IMG/VR virus record: IMGVR_UViG_3300007735_000804
Location: 124,001-188,000 of that record
Reading direction: 5' to 3' (one strand)
Length of the DNA: 64,000 bases
The notes beneath the pieces were generated by a model. That model ran no database searches. It was not told where the DNA came from and saw only the letters and a program-made list of their open reading frames with translations. The position numbers and the translations under genes are program-made. Shown here piece by piece: positions 15,728 to 24,333 of this stretch. Each line of letters starts with the position of its first letter. Position 1 is the first letter of the stretch.

Positions 15728-15916
15728 TTAGACACACTCATTACAATCAGTATCTTTATGTTTTTTACGAATCTTTTTAAGTTGTTTGAGTTCTTCCTTA
15801 ATCATTTTATAGGCAGCATCAGCATCAATCTTATCACCCATTTCTAGGGCAACAATAATGTCCACACGGGTTCCAAAGTGTGCTAATGCTTTTTCAAAAC
15901 AGTCTAATTCATACAT
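15728..15916 (-). CDS. conserved cyanobacterial/cyanophage small protein
   Basis: FGTRVDIIVALEMGDKI...AYKMIKEELKQLKK. Confidence 0.65.
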   Translation of the reverse strand: MYELDCFEKALAHFGTRVDIIVALEMGDKIDADAAYKMIKEELKQLKKIRKKHKDTDCNECV

Positions 15917-16184
15917 TGGTGTTAATCCTACAATGTTCAGCAAGAATATCTATGCGGGCATCAAGAGAATTTTCCATCCGATAAAGTTCATTTGTTGTAT
16001 TGATGTTTTCTTCTTCAAGAACTTTGATACGTTCCTCTAACTTAATAACGTGTTGAGTCAGCTGTTGAAGAAGTTCAATCAAAGAATATTCAGTATCTTG
16101 TTGATCGTAACAGACAATTTTATAACGTTCTTTAACGTTATCATTATCAGAAAAGAACCAGTTTATAAAACGTTTGATCATCAT
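15909..16184 (-). CDS. coiled-coil hypothetical protein
   Basis: ORF track 91 aa. Confidence 0.65.
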   Translation of the reverse strand: MMIKRFINWFFSDNDNVKERYKIVCYDQQDTEYSLIELLQQLTQHVIKLEERIKVLEEENINTTNELYRMENSLDARIDILAEHCRINTNV

Positions 16185-16314
16185 AATATACCTACCAATT
16201 TTAAATACCTTTGATACGCCATAAAGCGTTGTAGAGATGGAGTTACACCAAGACTTTCACAGCACCTGATGTAAGAAATAAACTCATACCACGGCGCTGT
16301 GGGGTCAGTGTCGC

Positions 16315-16521
16315 TCACAACTTACCTCCTACCTCACCCTCATAAGTTCGGGACGTAGTGAAACCTTCTTGCCGTCCTTTAAGATAAAAACGGGTCGCTG
16401 ATATACATTGCTCTTCAGTGAGAGATGTGACCAATCCTTTTCCATCTTTATCAGTGGAATCCCAAGTTCCCCATTTCTTTTGTTCAACATAGAAGGCGTC
16501 ATCAATTAGTTTCTTTTCCAT
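16315..16521 (-). CDS. hypothetical protein
   Basis: ORF track 68 aa. Confidence 0.7.
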   Translation of the reverse strand: MEKKLIDDAFYVEQKKWGTWDSTDKDGKGLVTSLTEEQCISATRFYLKGRQEGFTTSRTYEGEVGGKL

Positions 16522-17154
16522 TTGTCAAGTCAGGATGTGGGGCATAAAGAGGACCTTCATAATCACCAGCGTGAAGTTTCTGAAGTGCTTCTTTCACTTC
16601 TGGTGTTTCTTCCCAGATCCACTCATTACCGTGCTTATCAACAAAAGTTCTTACAGTCATTGTTCAAATTTATAGCTGAGTTTAATTTCTTTTTTCTTGA
16701 GTTTGTATCGGTCAATGTGTTTTTGACGATTGTGTTCGCTGTCAAAGTAACACTTACGAGTTTCATTCCCGTCTTTATAAACAAGTTTCCAAGGAAATTG
16801 ATCAAAGGGAAATTCTTCGGTGTAGTCCATCAGGTAGGTTGTTCAACTCTTTGAGTATACACTGTATCGAACAGTTCGTCAAGCACTTCACTACAGGTGT
16901 TATACTCTTTGCTGTCTAGCACAGTCTTATCATACTGATAACGACGAACAGCATTGTAGATGAGTTTATATTGTTCAGGTGTAAAGTTCATTCTGTACCT
17001 CCATAAAGTCGTTGCCCTTCCTCATATCCCATTCGATAAGCAGTTCGCAACCATTCCATCATAGCAATTTGATCTTTGGCATCATAATCACTCCAAAAAC
17101 GTTCGGAACGAAAACCATATCCTTCCATTTCATAAAACCAATCATCAAAGTTCA

Positions 17155-17349
17155 TTAGTCGTAAACGTTTTGTTCTTGTTGGATGCGGTCCAGATAATGG
17201 TATAAGGTCGCTTTAGAATACTTAAACTCCTTAAAACGGCGTGGGTTGTTCTTTTCCATCTTATGAAGCATATTGATCCATTGATAGCGACTATCCACTA
17301 TCCAACCATAGCGCCGCTCATCGTGAAGTAAATCAAAAATAGAAATCAT
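17155..17349 (-). CDS. hypothetical protein
   Basis: ORF track 64 aa. Confidence 0.6.
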   Translation of the reverse strand: MISIFDLLHDERRYGWIVDSRYQWINMLHKMEKNNPRRFKEFKYSKATLYHYLDRIQQEQNVYD

Positions 17350-17543
17350 TTGAACCCCTTACTCTTTTTCTGTGGAATATCAAGAACTTCAACGTGACTT
17401 AAAAACTGGTCTGGTGTTTGAAACCAATGTGCCTGAACATCCATATAGTCCTCTAAAACAATGGACTGACCATTGCTATACACCAACTTATAGTGGTGCC
17501 TGTCGTAAGGTTTATCACAGGTTTGTTTGAATGTTTCAGTCAT
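17346..17543 (-). CDS. hypothetical protein (KPYDRHHYKL...KGF)
   Basis: ORF track trimmed to MTETFKQT. Confidence 0.65.
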   Translation of the reverse strand: MTETFKQTCDKPYDRHHYKLVYSNGQSIVLEDYMDVQAHWFQTPDQFLSHVEVLDIPQKKSKGFK

Positions 17544-17802
17544 TTTCGTAAACTGGACGAGTGTTGTTACAGTGTAGGAAGTATTTGTATTCGGCAAGTG
17601 GACCATAGTGCCATTGTACCACGTCACAACCTTTATACTTACTCACAATAGTATAAGTGCCGTGATCGGGTTCAGGTTGTTCTACTTTTGTTTCTGGTTC
17701 TTTGACATTCAGTGCTACACCCACCATATAAAACAAGGTGAGCGTTGACATACCAATCACCACACCAAGCAGCACAGTACGATAATAATCAGTGTTTCTC
17801 AT
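17536..17802 (-). CDS. membrane-anchored hypothetical protein
   Basis: N-terminal TM helix; YKGCDVVQW...YFLHC. Confidence 0.65.
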   Translation of the reverse strand: MRNTDYYRTVLLGVVIGMSTLTLFYMVGVALNVKEPETKVEQPEPDHGTYTIVSKYKGCDVVQWHYGPLAEYKYFLHCNNTRPVYEND

Positions 17803-17990
17803 AATTCTTCTACCTCATCAGCAATTTCACGCAAAATCTCAATAGGGTCTTCAAGTTCTCCCCAATCGGTGCATAAACGATCAGCAACCTCACGAATCAC
17901 ACGAGCAATCAACTTCTGTCTATCGCCACTTTTAGGACGCATGGACAATTCCATCGTTGATTCTAGGATTTGTAGTGCTCTAGTCGTCAC
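17799..17990 (-). CDS. hypothetical protein
   Basis: ORF track; 4-bp overlaps on both sides. Confidence 0.6.
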   Translation of the reverse strand: MTTRALQILESTMELSMRPKSGDRQKLIARVIREVADRLCTDWGELEDPIEILREIADEVEEL

Positions 17991-18172
17991 GGGGTCTCAT
18001 CACTCCAATAATACTTCAGTTTATCACCATCCGCAGAAATATTCAAGTGATAGATTTTATCATCTTCGGTATACACACCAATCCAAAGTGTCCTCTCATT
18101 CATACTTTCCAGGTGAAACATCTTCACATCTTCCAGCACGATTTCGTCTGGGTTTTCTGTAAATCTACTCAT
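17987..18172 (-). CDS. hypothetical protein
   Basis: ORF track 61 aa. Confidence 0.65.
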   Translation of the reverse strand: MSRFTENPDEIVLEDVKMFHLESMNERTLWIGVYTEDDKIYHLNISADGDKLKYYWSDETP

Positions 18173-18307
18173 TGGTTTCTCTCCGTTGTTGTCCTAGTTC
18201 CCAACCCATTTCACATTTATTACAACCTTCTCCAATACATTCCCATCCATTGTGGCACTTCTCACATCCTTTACCACCACACTCATTACAAACAGGATGA
18301 CTATCCA

Positions 18308-18541
18308 TCACTCTGCCTCCCAGTTATTTCTCATTATACCACAATTACCATAACTCCTTTCAGTAGAACAAGTAGTATAAGGACTAACAGTTCCATTCAC
18401 ATAATCAACAAACTTCACACGATTTGGATGAAAGCACTTTTGTAAAGTAGGATATCCAAAGATACGAGAACTTATCCAATCAAAGACACCTTCATAATCT
18501 TTGTAATACTTACAATTGTGGCAGGTTTTGATTTCAGTCAT
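18308..18541 (-). CDS. Cys-containing hypothetical protein
   Basis: CxxC...C...C..R...CG...WE. Confidence 0.6.
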   Translation of the reverse strand: MTEIKTCHNCKYYKDYEGVFDWISSRIFGYPTLQKCFHPNRVKFVDYVNGTVSPYTTCSTERSYGNCGIMRNNWEAE

Positions 18542-18700
18542 TCACTTTCTCTCCAAATCTAAAAGGATAAAGTCGTTTCACACCACCAGAACCATACTTG
18601 ATTTCACATTCCAGTTGTTGGATATACACAGAAACATCGTAAGGAACCTTGTAGTGTTCCAGTTCTCGTGTTTCCTGATTATAGCACGAAATATAAGAAC

Positions 18701-18997
18701 TCATTTCAACACCTCATCAGCAGAAACATAATCATAATCATCAATACAAAGTTTGAACCTTACGAAATCAGTAAAATCTGTCTCATCTCTTTCATAGACA
18801 TAATATCCACCATTATTATCGGATTCCAAAAAATTTGAAAAATAGTCCTCAAATACAAGCATAATCGCAAGGGCACGGGATTGGTCGTGCTCTGTGATGG
18901 TCTTATGAGGATGTGCTACGATCTTGGTGATACAGTTGAAAAGCTCCTCACGAGTATATGAGAATGCTGTTGCTTCTGGATTGAGATTGTAAGTCAT
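18701..18997 (-). CDS. hypothetical protein
   Basis: ORF track 98 aa. Confidence 0.65.
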   Translation of the reverse strand: MTYNLNPEATAFSYTREELFNCITKIVAHPHKTITEHDQSRALAIMLVFEDYFSNFLESDNNGGYYVYERDETDFTDFVRFKLCIDDYDYVSADEVLK

Positions 18998-19203
18998 TGT
19001 CCTAATCGTAGTTTGCGTTCGGGTGATGGAATGTGTCCGTAGAAAATATCATCATAGGGATAGATGTATTCATCATACCATCCAGAAGAAAGAGCTTCCC
19101 AAAACTCACGATAATCCTCATCATCATAACACTCCCAAGCATACAGGAAGTTATGAAATCCGTCAAGGAAGAGTTCCCATTTTGTTGGTTCTTGAAATCT
19201 CAT
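18994..19203 (-). CDS. hypothetical protein
   Basis: ORF track 69 aa. Confidence 0.6.
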   Translation of the reverse strand: MRFQEPTKWELFLDGFHNFLYAWECYDDEDYREFWEALSSGWYDEYIYPYDDIFYGHIPSPERKLRLGQ

Positions 19204-19363
19204 TTTACATCCTCAAAGAAAATTGTATGATACTCACCTTCTACTTCTTCAAAGGTAAAGTTTTCGTGCCAAGCATAAGGTAACATCTCTTTTACTGTTA
19301 AGATTTGGTTTTGCTCAAGAACATCCTTATATGGACCGAAACCAGTATATCTAACTTTATAAG

Positions 19364-19630
19364 TCATTTCAACCTTTCTAATACATTACGAATATGAGAT
19401 ACTGAAAGATAAAACTCTCTGGTGTTTTGTCCTCCCAATACAATTGCGTTGAGTTCTTCAAGTGCTTCGTTGATGAGTTCTCTTCGTTCTGCTTCTTCAA
19501 GCATTTCTTCGTGGGTCATAAGTTCTCGGAGTTTCTGTTTGCCGTATTCTGTGAGGTGTTGTTTATTGGTGCGGAGTTCTTGGATTTCTTCTGGTGTGAG
19601 ATTGAGCCACGGAGCATCATCAGGTTCCAT
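19364..19630 (-). CDS. hypothetical protein
   Basis: ORF track 88 aa. Confidence 0.6.
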   Translation of the reverse strand: MEPDDAPWLNLTPEEIQELRTNKQHLTEYGKQKLRELMTHEEMLEEAERRELINEALEELNAIVLGGQNTREFYLSVSHIRNVLERLK

Positions 19631-19901
19631 ACTTCCTCTCTACTTCTTGAACTCGTTCCATAAAACTGTCCTCTCCGTGATCGCCAGAATACAAAAAGTC
19701 AATGTGCCTCATAATGTCCGCCATTTTGTGAATGAAATGCACCTGTTCTTCCAGATACTCAATCACTTCTGGAGCATAATCTTTGACATATCCATACTCA
19801 TCTGGTTTATTGTTGTTTTGGATTTCTTCTTCCAGTTCATAAGCAAACTGGCAAACCTGATGGTAGATGTATCCGTTTCCGTTAAAGTGCCCGCCGCTCA
19901 T
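19620..19901 (-). CDS. hypothetical protein (MSGGHF...SGD.G.DSF)
   Basis: ORF track 93 aa. Confidence 0.7.
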   Translation of the reverse strand: MSGGHFNGNGYIYHQVCQFAYELEEEIQNNNKPDEYGYVKDYAPEVIEYLEEQVHFIHKMADIMRHIDFLYSGDHGEDSFMERVQEVERKYGT

Positions 19902-20227
19902 TCTTCATTCTCCCAAAATGCTTTCCATTCCAATTTATCCACATCAGTCATTTCTACAACCTCAAATCCACTTACATCTTCTTGAGGTAGTGAAAGACCA
20001 AAATGTTTGATAATTAAATCTGTGGGATCGTTCACCAACCAATCTCCAAAATCTTCTGGATTATTCAGTTCATCGTGTTCGTGAGCATAAGGATTGAACT
20101 TCACACAGAAAGTCACCTTATAACCAACAGCACATTCTTTTGATTGTGTTAGAAACTCTTTTCTTTCTTCAATTTGTTTTTCAAGTACTTGAAGTTCTTC
20201 ATAAGAAAGTTTAGAAAGGTCGGTCAT
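19898..20227 (-). CDS. hypothetical protein
   Basis: ORF track 109 aa. Confidence 0.65.
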   Translation of the reverse strand: MTDLSKLSYEELQVLEKQIEERKEFLTQSKECAVGYKVTFCVKFNPYAHEHDELNNPEDFGDWLVNDPTDLIIKHFGLSLPQEDVSGFEVVEMTDVDKLEWKAFWENEE

Positions 20228-20400
20228 TCCTCATCCTCTTCATAAGGGAACATTTCATCATACTCCTCATCAGTAAGAGTAAGATACTGAACATTAGCAT
20301 TCTTGTGCTCTTCAGCATACACTAACTGGTAGTGTGCGAAAGAAGAAGGGTCAGTGCTAGCAAACTCTAGCAGACCATCAACAAAACAAAGGTAGTTCAT
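20224..20400 (-). CDS. hypothetical protein
   Basis: ORF track trimmed to MNYLCFVDG. Confidence 0.6.
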   Translation of the reverse strand: MNYLCFVDGLLEFASTDPSSFAHYQLVYAEEHKNANVQYLTLTDEEYDEMFPYEEDEE

Positions 20401-20657
20401 TCTACAATCAAACAATAACGACACTGGAAAGCAAAAGCATCCTTTTCGTGAGTAAATTTCTCCCCATTTAGTTCCCAAGAATACAGAACTTCAATCCAAG
20501 GCTTTGTGTCTCCATAAGAATTGAGACCTTCAACAGTCACAAAACCTTTGGAACCATCTGCCCGTGCCCAACGAGAACCAATTTGGATTTCGTGTGCCTT
20601 AAAGAAATGACGAACGATTGCTTTGCGTCCGTCTATGATTTCAGTTTCGTAGTCCAT
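20397..20657 (-). CDS. hypothetical early protein
   Basis: ORF track; after the promoter at 20680. Confidence 0.7.
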   Translation of the reverse strand: MDYETEIIDGRKAIVRHFFKAHEIQIGSRWARADGSKGFVTVEGLNSYGDTKPWIEVLYSWELNGEKFTHEKDAFAFQCRYCLIVE

Positions 20658-20679
20658 CGGTTTGGTTGCTTATGAGAGT

Positions 20680-20738
20680 ATCATACCAAAAAGGGCACCT
20701 GAAATCAAGTGCCCTTGTTCCAGTTTGAGAAGTGTCCT
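20680..20738 (-). promoter_or_regulatory. early promoter cassette with embedded terminator
   Basis: TGgTATGAT; AAGGGCAC/GTGCCCTT hairpin followed by a T run; GTTCCAGTT-TGAG-AAGTGTCCT 20717-20738. Confidence 0.75.
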
Positions 20739-20937
20739 AGAGAACTTCCCACTCCGTTTCCCAGTGACAATCGTTGCTTACATTCACCCAAAAGAAGTAT
20801 TTCTGGTTCTCTGATGCGAGAAACAGCATACCATCACCCTTATCCTGCTCAACAATACAGACAGGATTTCCTCCCATCATGTTAGCAAGACGATTCTTTG
20901 CTTTACTGCTCTTCGGTTTTACAGTCACTCTTCGCAT
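20737..20937 (-). CDS. hypothetical protein (VKPKSSKAKNRLANMM)
   Basis: ORF track 66 aa. Confidence 0.7.
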   Translation of the reverse strand: MRRVTVKPKSSKAKNRLANMMGGNPVCIVEQDKGDGMLFLASENQKYFFWVNVSNDCHWETEWEVL

Positions 20938-21329
20938 TGTTCTTCCTCATCAGACAAGACAGTTCCCATAGGACCTTTTTTAAGACGTGCCCACTCTTCT
21001 TCTGCCTGTTGCATATCATCAAACTTCTTCCTCAGGTCTTCACCCAAAGTCAGGTCAAACTCATCAGCAACCTTACGCATATCTTCTTCTTTGCGGTGTT
21101 CACCGAATGCGAGACCACAAGCACCTTTCATAATGTTGATGTCATCGTGACCCATTGCACGGGCAACGGTTGCGAAAAAGTTAAACAGTTGATAAGTGTT
21201 AAGGTCTTCAGCAGGAATTTCAAAAGTATAATGCTCTTCGGGGAGCATCATATCATCAAAACCACTGCTGTAATGGGTGGAGGTCCATTCAGTATCAAAA
21301 GAGACTTTGAGGCGAGCTTTGTAGGTCAT
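20925..21329 (-). CDS. hypothetical early protein
   Basis: ORF track trimmed to MTYKARLK after the promoter at 21351. Confidence 0.7.
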   Translation of the reverse strand: MTYKARLKVSFDTEWTSTHYSSGFDDMMLPEEHYTFEIPAEDLNTYQLFNFFATVARAMGHDDINIMKGACGLAFGEHRKEEDMRKVADEFDLTLGEDLRKKFDDMQQAEEEWARLKKGPMGTVLSDEEEQCEE

Positions 21330-21350
21330 TGGTCTGTTGTGTATGAATGT

Positions 21351-21408
21351 ATTATAGAGTATCAGGAGTCTTCTGTGGAGTCTGCTGTGCCAGTTCGTCA
21401 AGTGTCCT
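21351..21408 (-). promoter_or_regulatory. early promoter cassette
   Basis: TATAAT; GTGCCAGTT-CGTC-AAGTGTCCT 21387-21408. Confidence 0.75.
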
Positions 21409-21760
21409 CGTCGGGCAGTTCTTCATTCAAATCTACATCAATTCCATCAGTGAGTTCTTTCATTCGTTCAAAGAAATCTTCATCTAATGGAATCAGTTTC
21501 TCTTCTCCACGTTCAATACGATCACACATTTCCATCAGATACTCAAGAAACTCTTTTGGATAAGTTTCATCTAGGTTGATAGAAGTCCAGAACCATTGAT
21601 AACACTCTTTGTAAGGATCGTCATCTGATAGTAGAGCATAATTCTCATAGTTTCCACTGATGAGATCTCTCCACATCTTAAAGTTATTCCAGATCTCTCT
21701 CCAACCAGTTTGGAAGCAGTGACCGATGTAATACTCAAACCAGTTCATCTTTTTGGACAT
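21398..21760 (-). CDS. hypothetical protein
   Basis: ORF track trimmed to MSKKMNWF. Confidence 0.65.
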   Translation of the reverse strand: MSKKMNWFEYYIGHCFQTGWREIWNNFKMWRDLISGNYENYALLSDDDPYKECYQWFWTSINLDETYPKEFLEYLMEMCDRIERGEEKLIPLDEDFFERMKELTDGIDVDLNEELPDEDT

Positions 21761-22016
21761 AGAACAATTCATCCCGCCAGTTACGACCAGCAATATCAAA
21801 ACTAAATCCTAACTTACCAAGAGTGAATAGAAATGAGAACAATCTACCATATCCCATACAGATTTGTAGATAAGGCCATTCTATCCAGTTACCATATTCA
21901 CCAATATCAAATTCAACTTGAAGAAGTGAATATCGTTCTGTAAGAAATAGTGCTAGGTAAAACTCTTTACCATAATCTTCTCTGATACCCCATTTTGCGA
22001 CTTGAAACAGTTTCAT
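21735..22016 (-). CDS. hypothetical protein
   Basis: ORF track 93 aa. Confidence 0.65.
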   Translation of the reverse strand: MKLFQVAKWGIREDYGKEFYLALFLTERYSLLQVEFDIGEYGNWIEWPYLQICMGYGRLFSFLFTLGKLGFSFDIAGRNWRDELFYVQKDELV

Positions 22017-22195
22017 ACCATTTTCCTCTTATCAGTATCAAAGATTGTCCATTTTGCTATTTTAAGGCACATTAGCAGAGTTTGGTGTTCACGCTGATAC
22101 AAGTTCCAGTCACCTTTACATTTAGCAGCGTGTCTTCTACGATAGGCACAAGTCCATACGTTCTTGTATATTTGTGCCTTTTCGGTAAGTGTCAT
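22013..22195 (-). CDS. hypothetical protein
   Basis: ORF track 60 aa. Confidence 0.6.
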   Translation of the reverse strand: MTLTEKAQIYKNVWTCAYRRRHAAKCKGDWNLYQREHQTLLMCLKIAKWTIFDTDKRKMV

Positions 22196-22425
22196 TTATT
22201 TTTAAACTCTTCTTGAAGTTCTTTGGCAATTTTATATGCTCTTCTCCACATCAAATATTTTACCACTGGATTTGTTGGATTGTGAAGTATCCACCATTTA
22301 GTCTTCTCATATTGAACTCTTGCCAGTTGAGTCAGCATATAGAATGCCCTCGCTACGGATTGATCGGTAACAATCAAATACCCAACACAAAAGAATATAA
22401 TAAAGTAAATGTATGAAGCACTCAT
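22192..22425 (-). CDS. membrane-anchored hypothetical protein
   Basis: N-terminal hydrophobic helix; HPxNP motif. Confidence 0.65.
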   Translation of the reverse strand: MSASYIYFIIFFCVGYLIVTDQSVARAFYMLTQLARVQYEKTKWWILHNPTNPVVKYLMWRRAYKIAKELQEEFKNK

Positions 22426-22618
22426 TTTGTATCTTTTTTCACAACTACTGGGCAAGTAGGAATTGATTTTTGTATCTCTTCAATTATTTCGTTTTTAATT
22501 TGTCTAGGTAAACCCTCTTTTGCTTCAATACGATTAATAACGCTAACAGCCTGACTGCAGGTAATAATCGTCGTAAGAAATAGAGCAGTCATAGCTCTCT
22601 CCTATGCTTGAAGAATAT

Positions 22619-22846
22619 TTATAGAAACTTTTCTAAAGTTGCAGTATTCTTTTTAGATATCTTAATCTGTTTTTTAATGTAAGAAAGTGCAGTATCATAG
22701 GTATTGGCAGTATGCACTTGTTGTCCGTTATGAATGATTATAAACTTTTTATCATACGGAACTGCTGCCCATATACCATCTTTGGTCACATAACCATTTG
22801 GATCTCCTGGTTTAGGATTCAGGAGACCTTCATTTTGAATGTTCAT
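22619..22846 (-). CDS. hypothetical protein (GYVTKDG.WAAVP)
   Basis: ORF track. Confidence 0.65.
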   Translation of the reverse strand: MNIQNEGLLNPKPGDPNGYVTKDGIWAAVPYDKKFIIIHNGQQVHTANTYDTALSYIKKQIKISKKNTATLEKFL

Positions 22847-22983
22847 CGGGCAGCGCAAACATTTACAATACGTCCGTTAGGATTGCGAGCAAGCACAACG
22901 TCTTGTGCTTCACGGGGACTGTTAGCATGAACCTGTTCGCTTAAGCGACGGTTACCAGCGACGTAGATAACTTCGTATTTCAT
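22843..22983 (-). CDS. small hypothetical protein (A...ALARNP-type)
   Basis: MKYEVIYVAG...ARNPNGRIVNV; TTGTCA-17-TATAAT promoter 23006-23034. Confidence 0.65.
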   Translation of the reverse strand: MKYEVIYVAGNRRLSEQVHANSPREAQDVVLARNPNGRIVNVCAAR

Positions 22984-23020
22984 AGCGAGAGTTGAGAACG
23001 TGAGTATTATAGCAGAAAAG

Positions 23021-24202
23021 TCAGCGCCTGACAACGCTGATAGCAGGTAAACCCTGCTGAAACACGGTGTCTACGACCGCCTGAACGCTCTTGGCGGTGC
23101 TGACCCCCACCTTATCATAGACAGGCACACAGACCAGTCCAAAGGTCTTCTGGGCGCCTCCCAGACGGATCACGCGACCGATGCTCTGAGAGATACCGAT
23201 GTAGTCCATGTTCCGCATGAACAGAACTGCTTCCAGACCAGACACATTGATGCCCTCGGACAGAATGCTGTGATGAAGAACCACAAACTTTTTGGAGGAG
23301 TCTTTGCCCCAAGCATTGAGAGTGTCAAAGAATACCTCACGGTTGACCTTTTGACCGTCAATCACAGCACCAGTCTTGGAAGTGATATACATCCAAGAAT
23401 AACCACGCTCTTTGAGGTCAGAGCAGAAGTCAGACTGTGAAATCAGATTGATGATCTGTTTGGTAGAACGAGCGCAGATTAGGATCTTATCCAGACCGTT
23501 ATCGTCAATGGTCTCCAGCAGGTTAGCAGAGTCACGATCAGCAATCATCTGCTTGTCCTGAACCATCTCAAGTTGCTTGACCACAACTTTAGGGGGCAAA
23601 ATGTAACCTTGCTCCACCAGTTCAGGAGCAGGAACATTACAAATGACGTTGCCGTAGACCTCTGGCATATTCATACCAGGTTTAGAAATGGTTGCAGAAT
23701 GCTTTGGAGTCGCAGTGAAGAAATAGCAGCGGTCAGCAGCAGAAGCGAAGTGCTCCGTAGCAGGGAAAAAGTTACGTTGGACTGAATTGTGTGCTTCATC
23801 GAAGTAAATGGTATCAACGTGAATATCTGCCTGCTGCAGACGTTGCAGGGAGTTGTAGGTAGTGAAGATCAGTTGATGTTTGTAGGCACGACGAGACCAG
23901 TTGTGAATCTCACTGGGTTTCGTGGTGCTCTGGTGATGAGTCTCACCGCTGTGAACGTGCAGCACAGCAACGTTGGTGATAAACTCAAGGTACTCGGCAG
24001 ACAACTGCTCCGCCAGGAGGATGCGAGGTGCCACCACTACGATGGTTTTAGGAGCATCAGACTGGAACTCACGCAGAGCATCAAAGATCATCGTAGGGGT
24101 CTTGCCCGCACCAGTCGGCATGATCAGCTGACCTAGTTGATGCTGTTCCATAGCATCAAGACCACGCTGCTGGTGGGGACGAAGTTCGAACACAGGTCTC
24201 AT
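23021..24202 (-). CDS. superfamily 2 (ResIII/DEAH-like) helicase
   Basis: Q motif LRPHQ, Walker A PTGAGKT, DEAH, TAT, EGINV, QSIGRVIR. Confidence 0.9.
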   Translation of the reverse strand: MRPVFELRPHQQRGLDAMEQHQLGQLIMPTGAGKTPTMIFDALREFQSDAPKTIVVVAPRILLAEQLSAEYLEFITNVAVLHVHSGETHHQSTTKPSEIHNWSRRAYKHQLIFTTYNSLQRLQQADIHVDTIYFDEAHNSVQRNFFPATEHFASAADRCYFFTATPKHSATISKPGMNMPEVYGNVICNVPAPELVEQGYILPPKVVVKQLEMVQDKQMIADRDSANLLETIDDNGLDKILICARSTKQIINLISQSDFCSDLKERGYSWMYITSKTGAVIDGQKVNREVFFDTLNAWGKDSSKKFVVLHHSILSEGINVSGLEAVLFMRNMDYIGISQSIGRVIRLGGAQKTFGLVCVPVYDKVGVSTAKSVQAVVDTVFQQGLPAISVVRR

Positions 24203-24215
24203 TGCGTATGAAACT

Positions 24216-24271
24216 ATTATAGCAGAAAACCGCCCCTAGTGCGACCCAGTGGACGGTTCTTAAAGTGGCTT
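24216..24271 (-). promoter_or_regulatory. early promoter cassette (degenerate)
   Basis: TGcTATAAT; TGGACGGTT-CTTA-AAGTGGCTT 24250-24271 (29 bp offset). Confidence 0.55.
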
Positions 24272-24333
24272 AGACTCTCATCTTCAACCCAGACAAAGGT
24301 AGTCTATATGGATTTGAGTATTATGTCAAGACC

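Noticed and set aside
86-24271. Palindrome as an NtcA, CRP or pho box
   Set aside because: It does not match GTA-N8-TAC, TGTGA-N6-TCACA or pho-box direct repeats, and its centre (about -54) is not the usual -41.5
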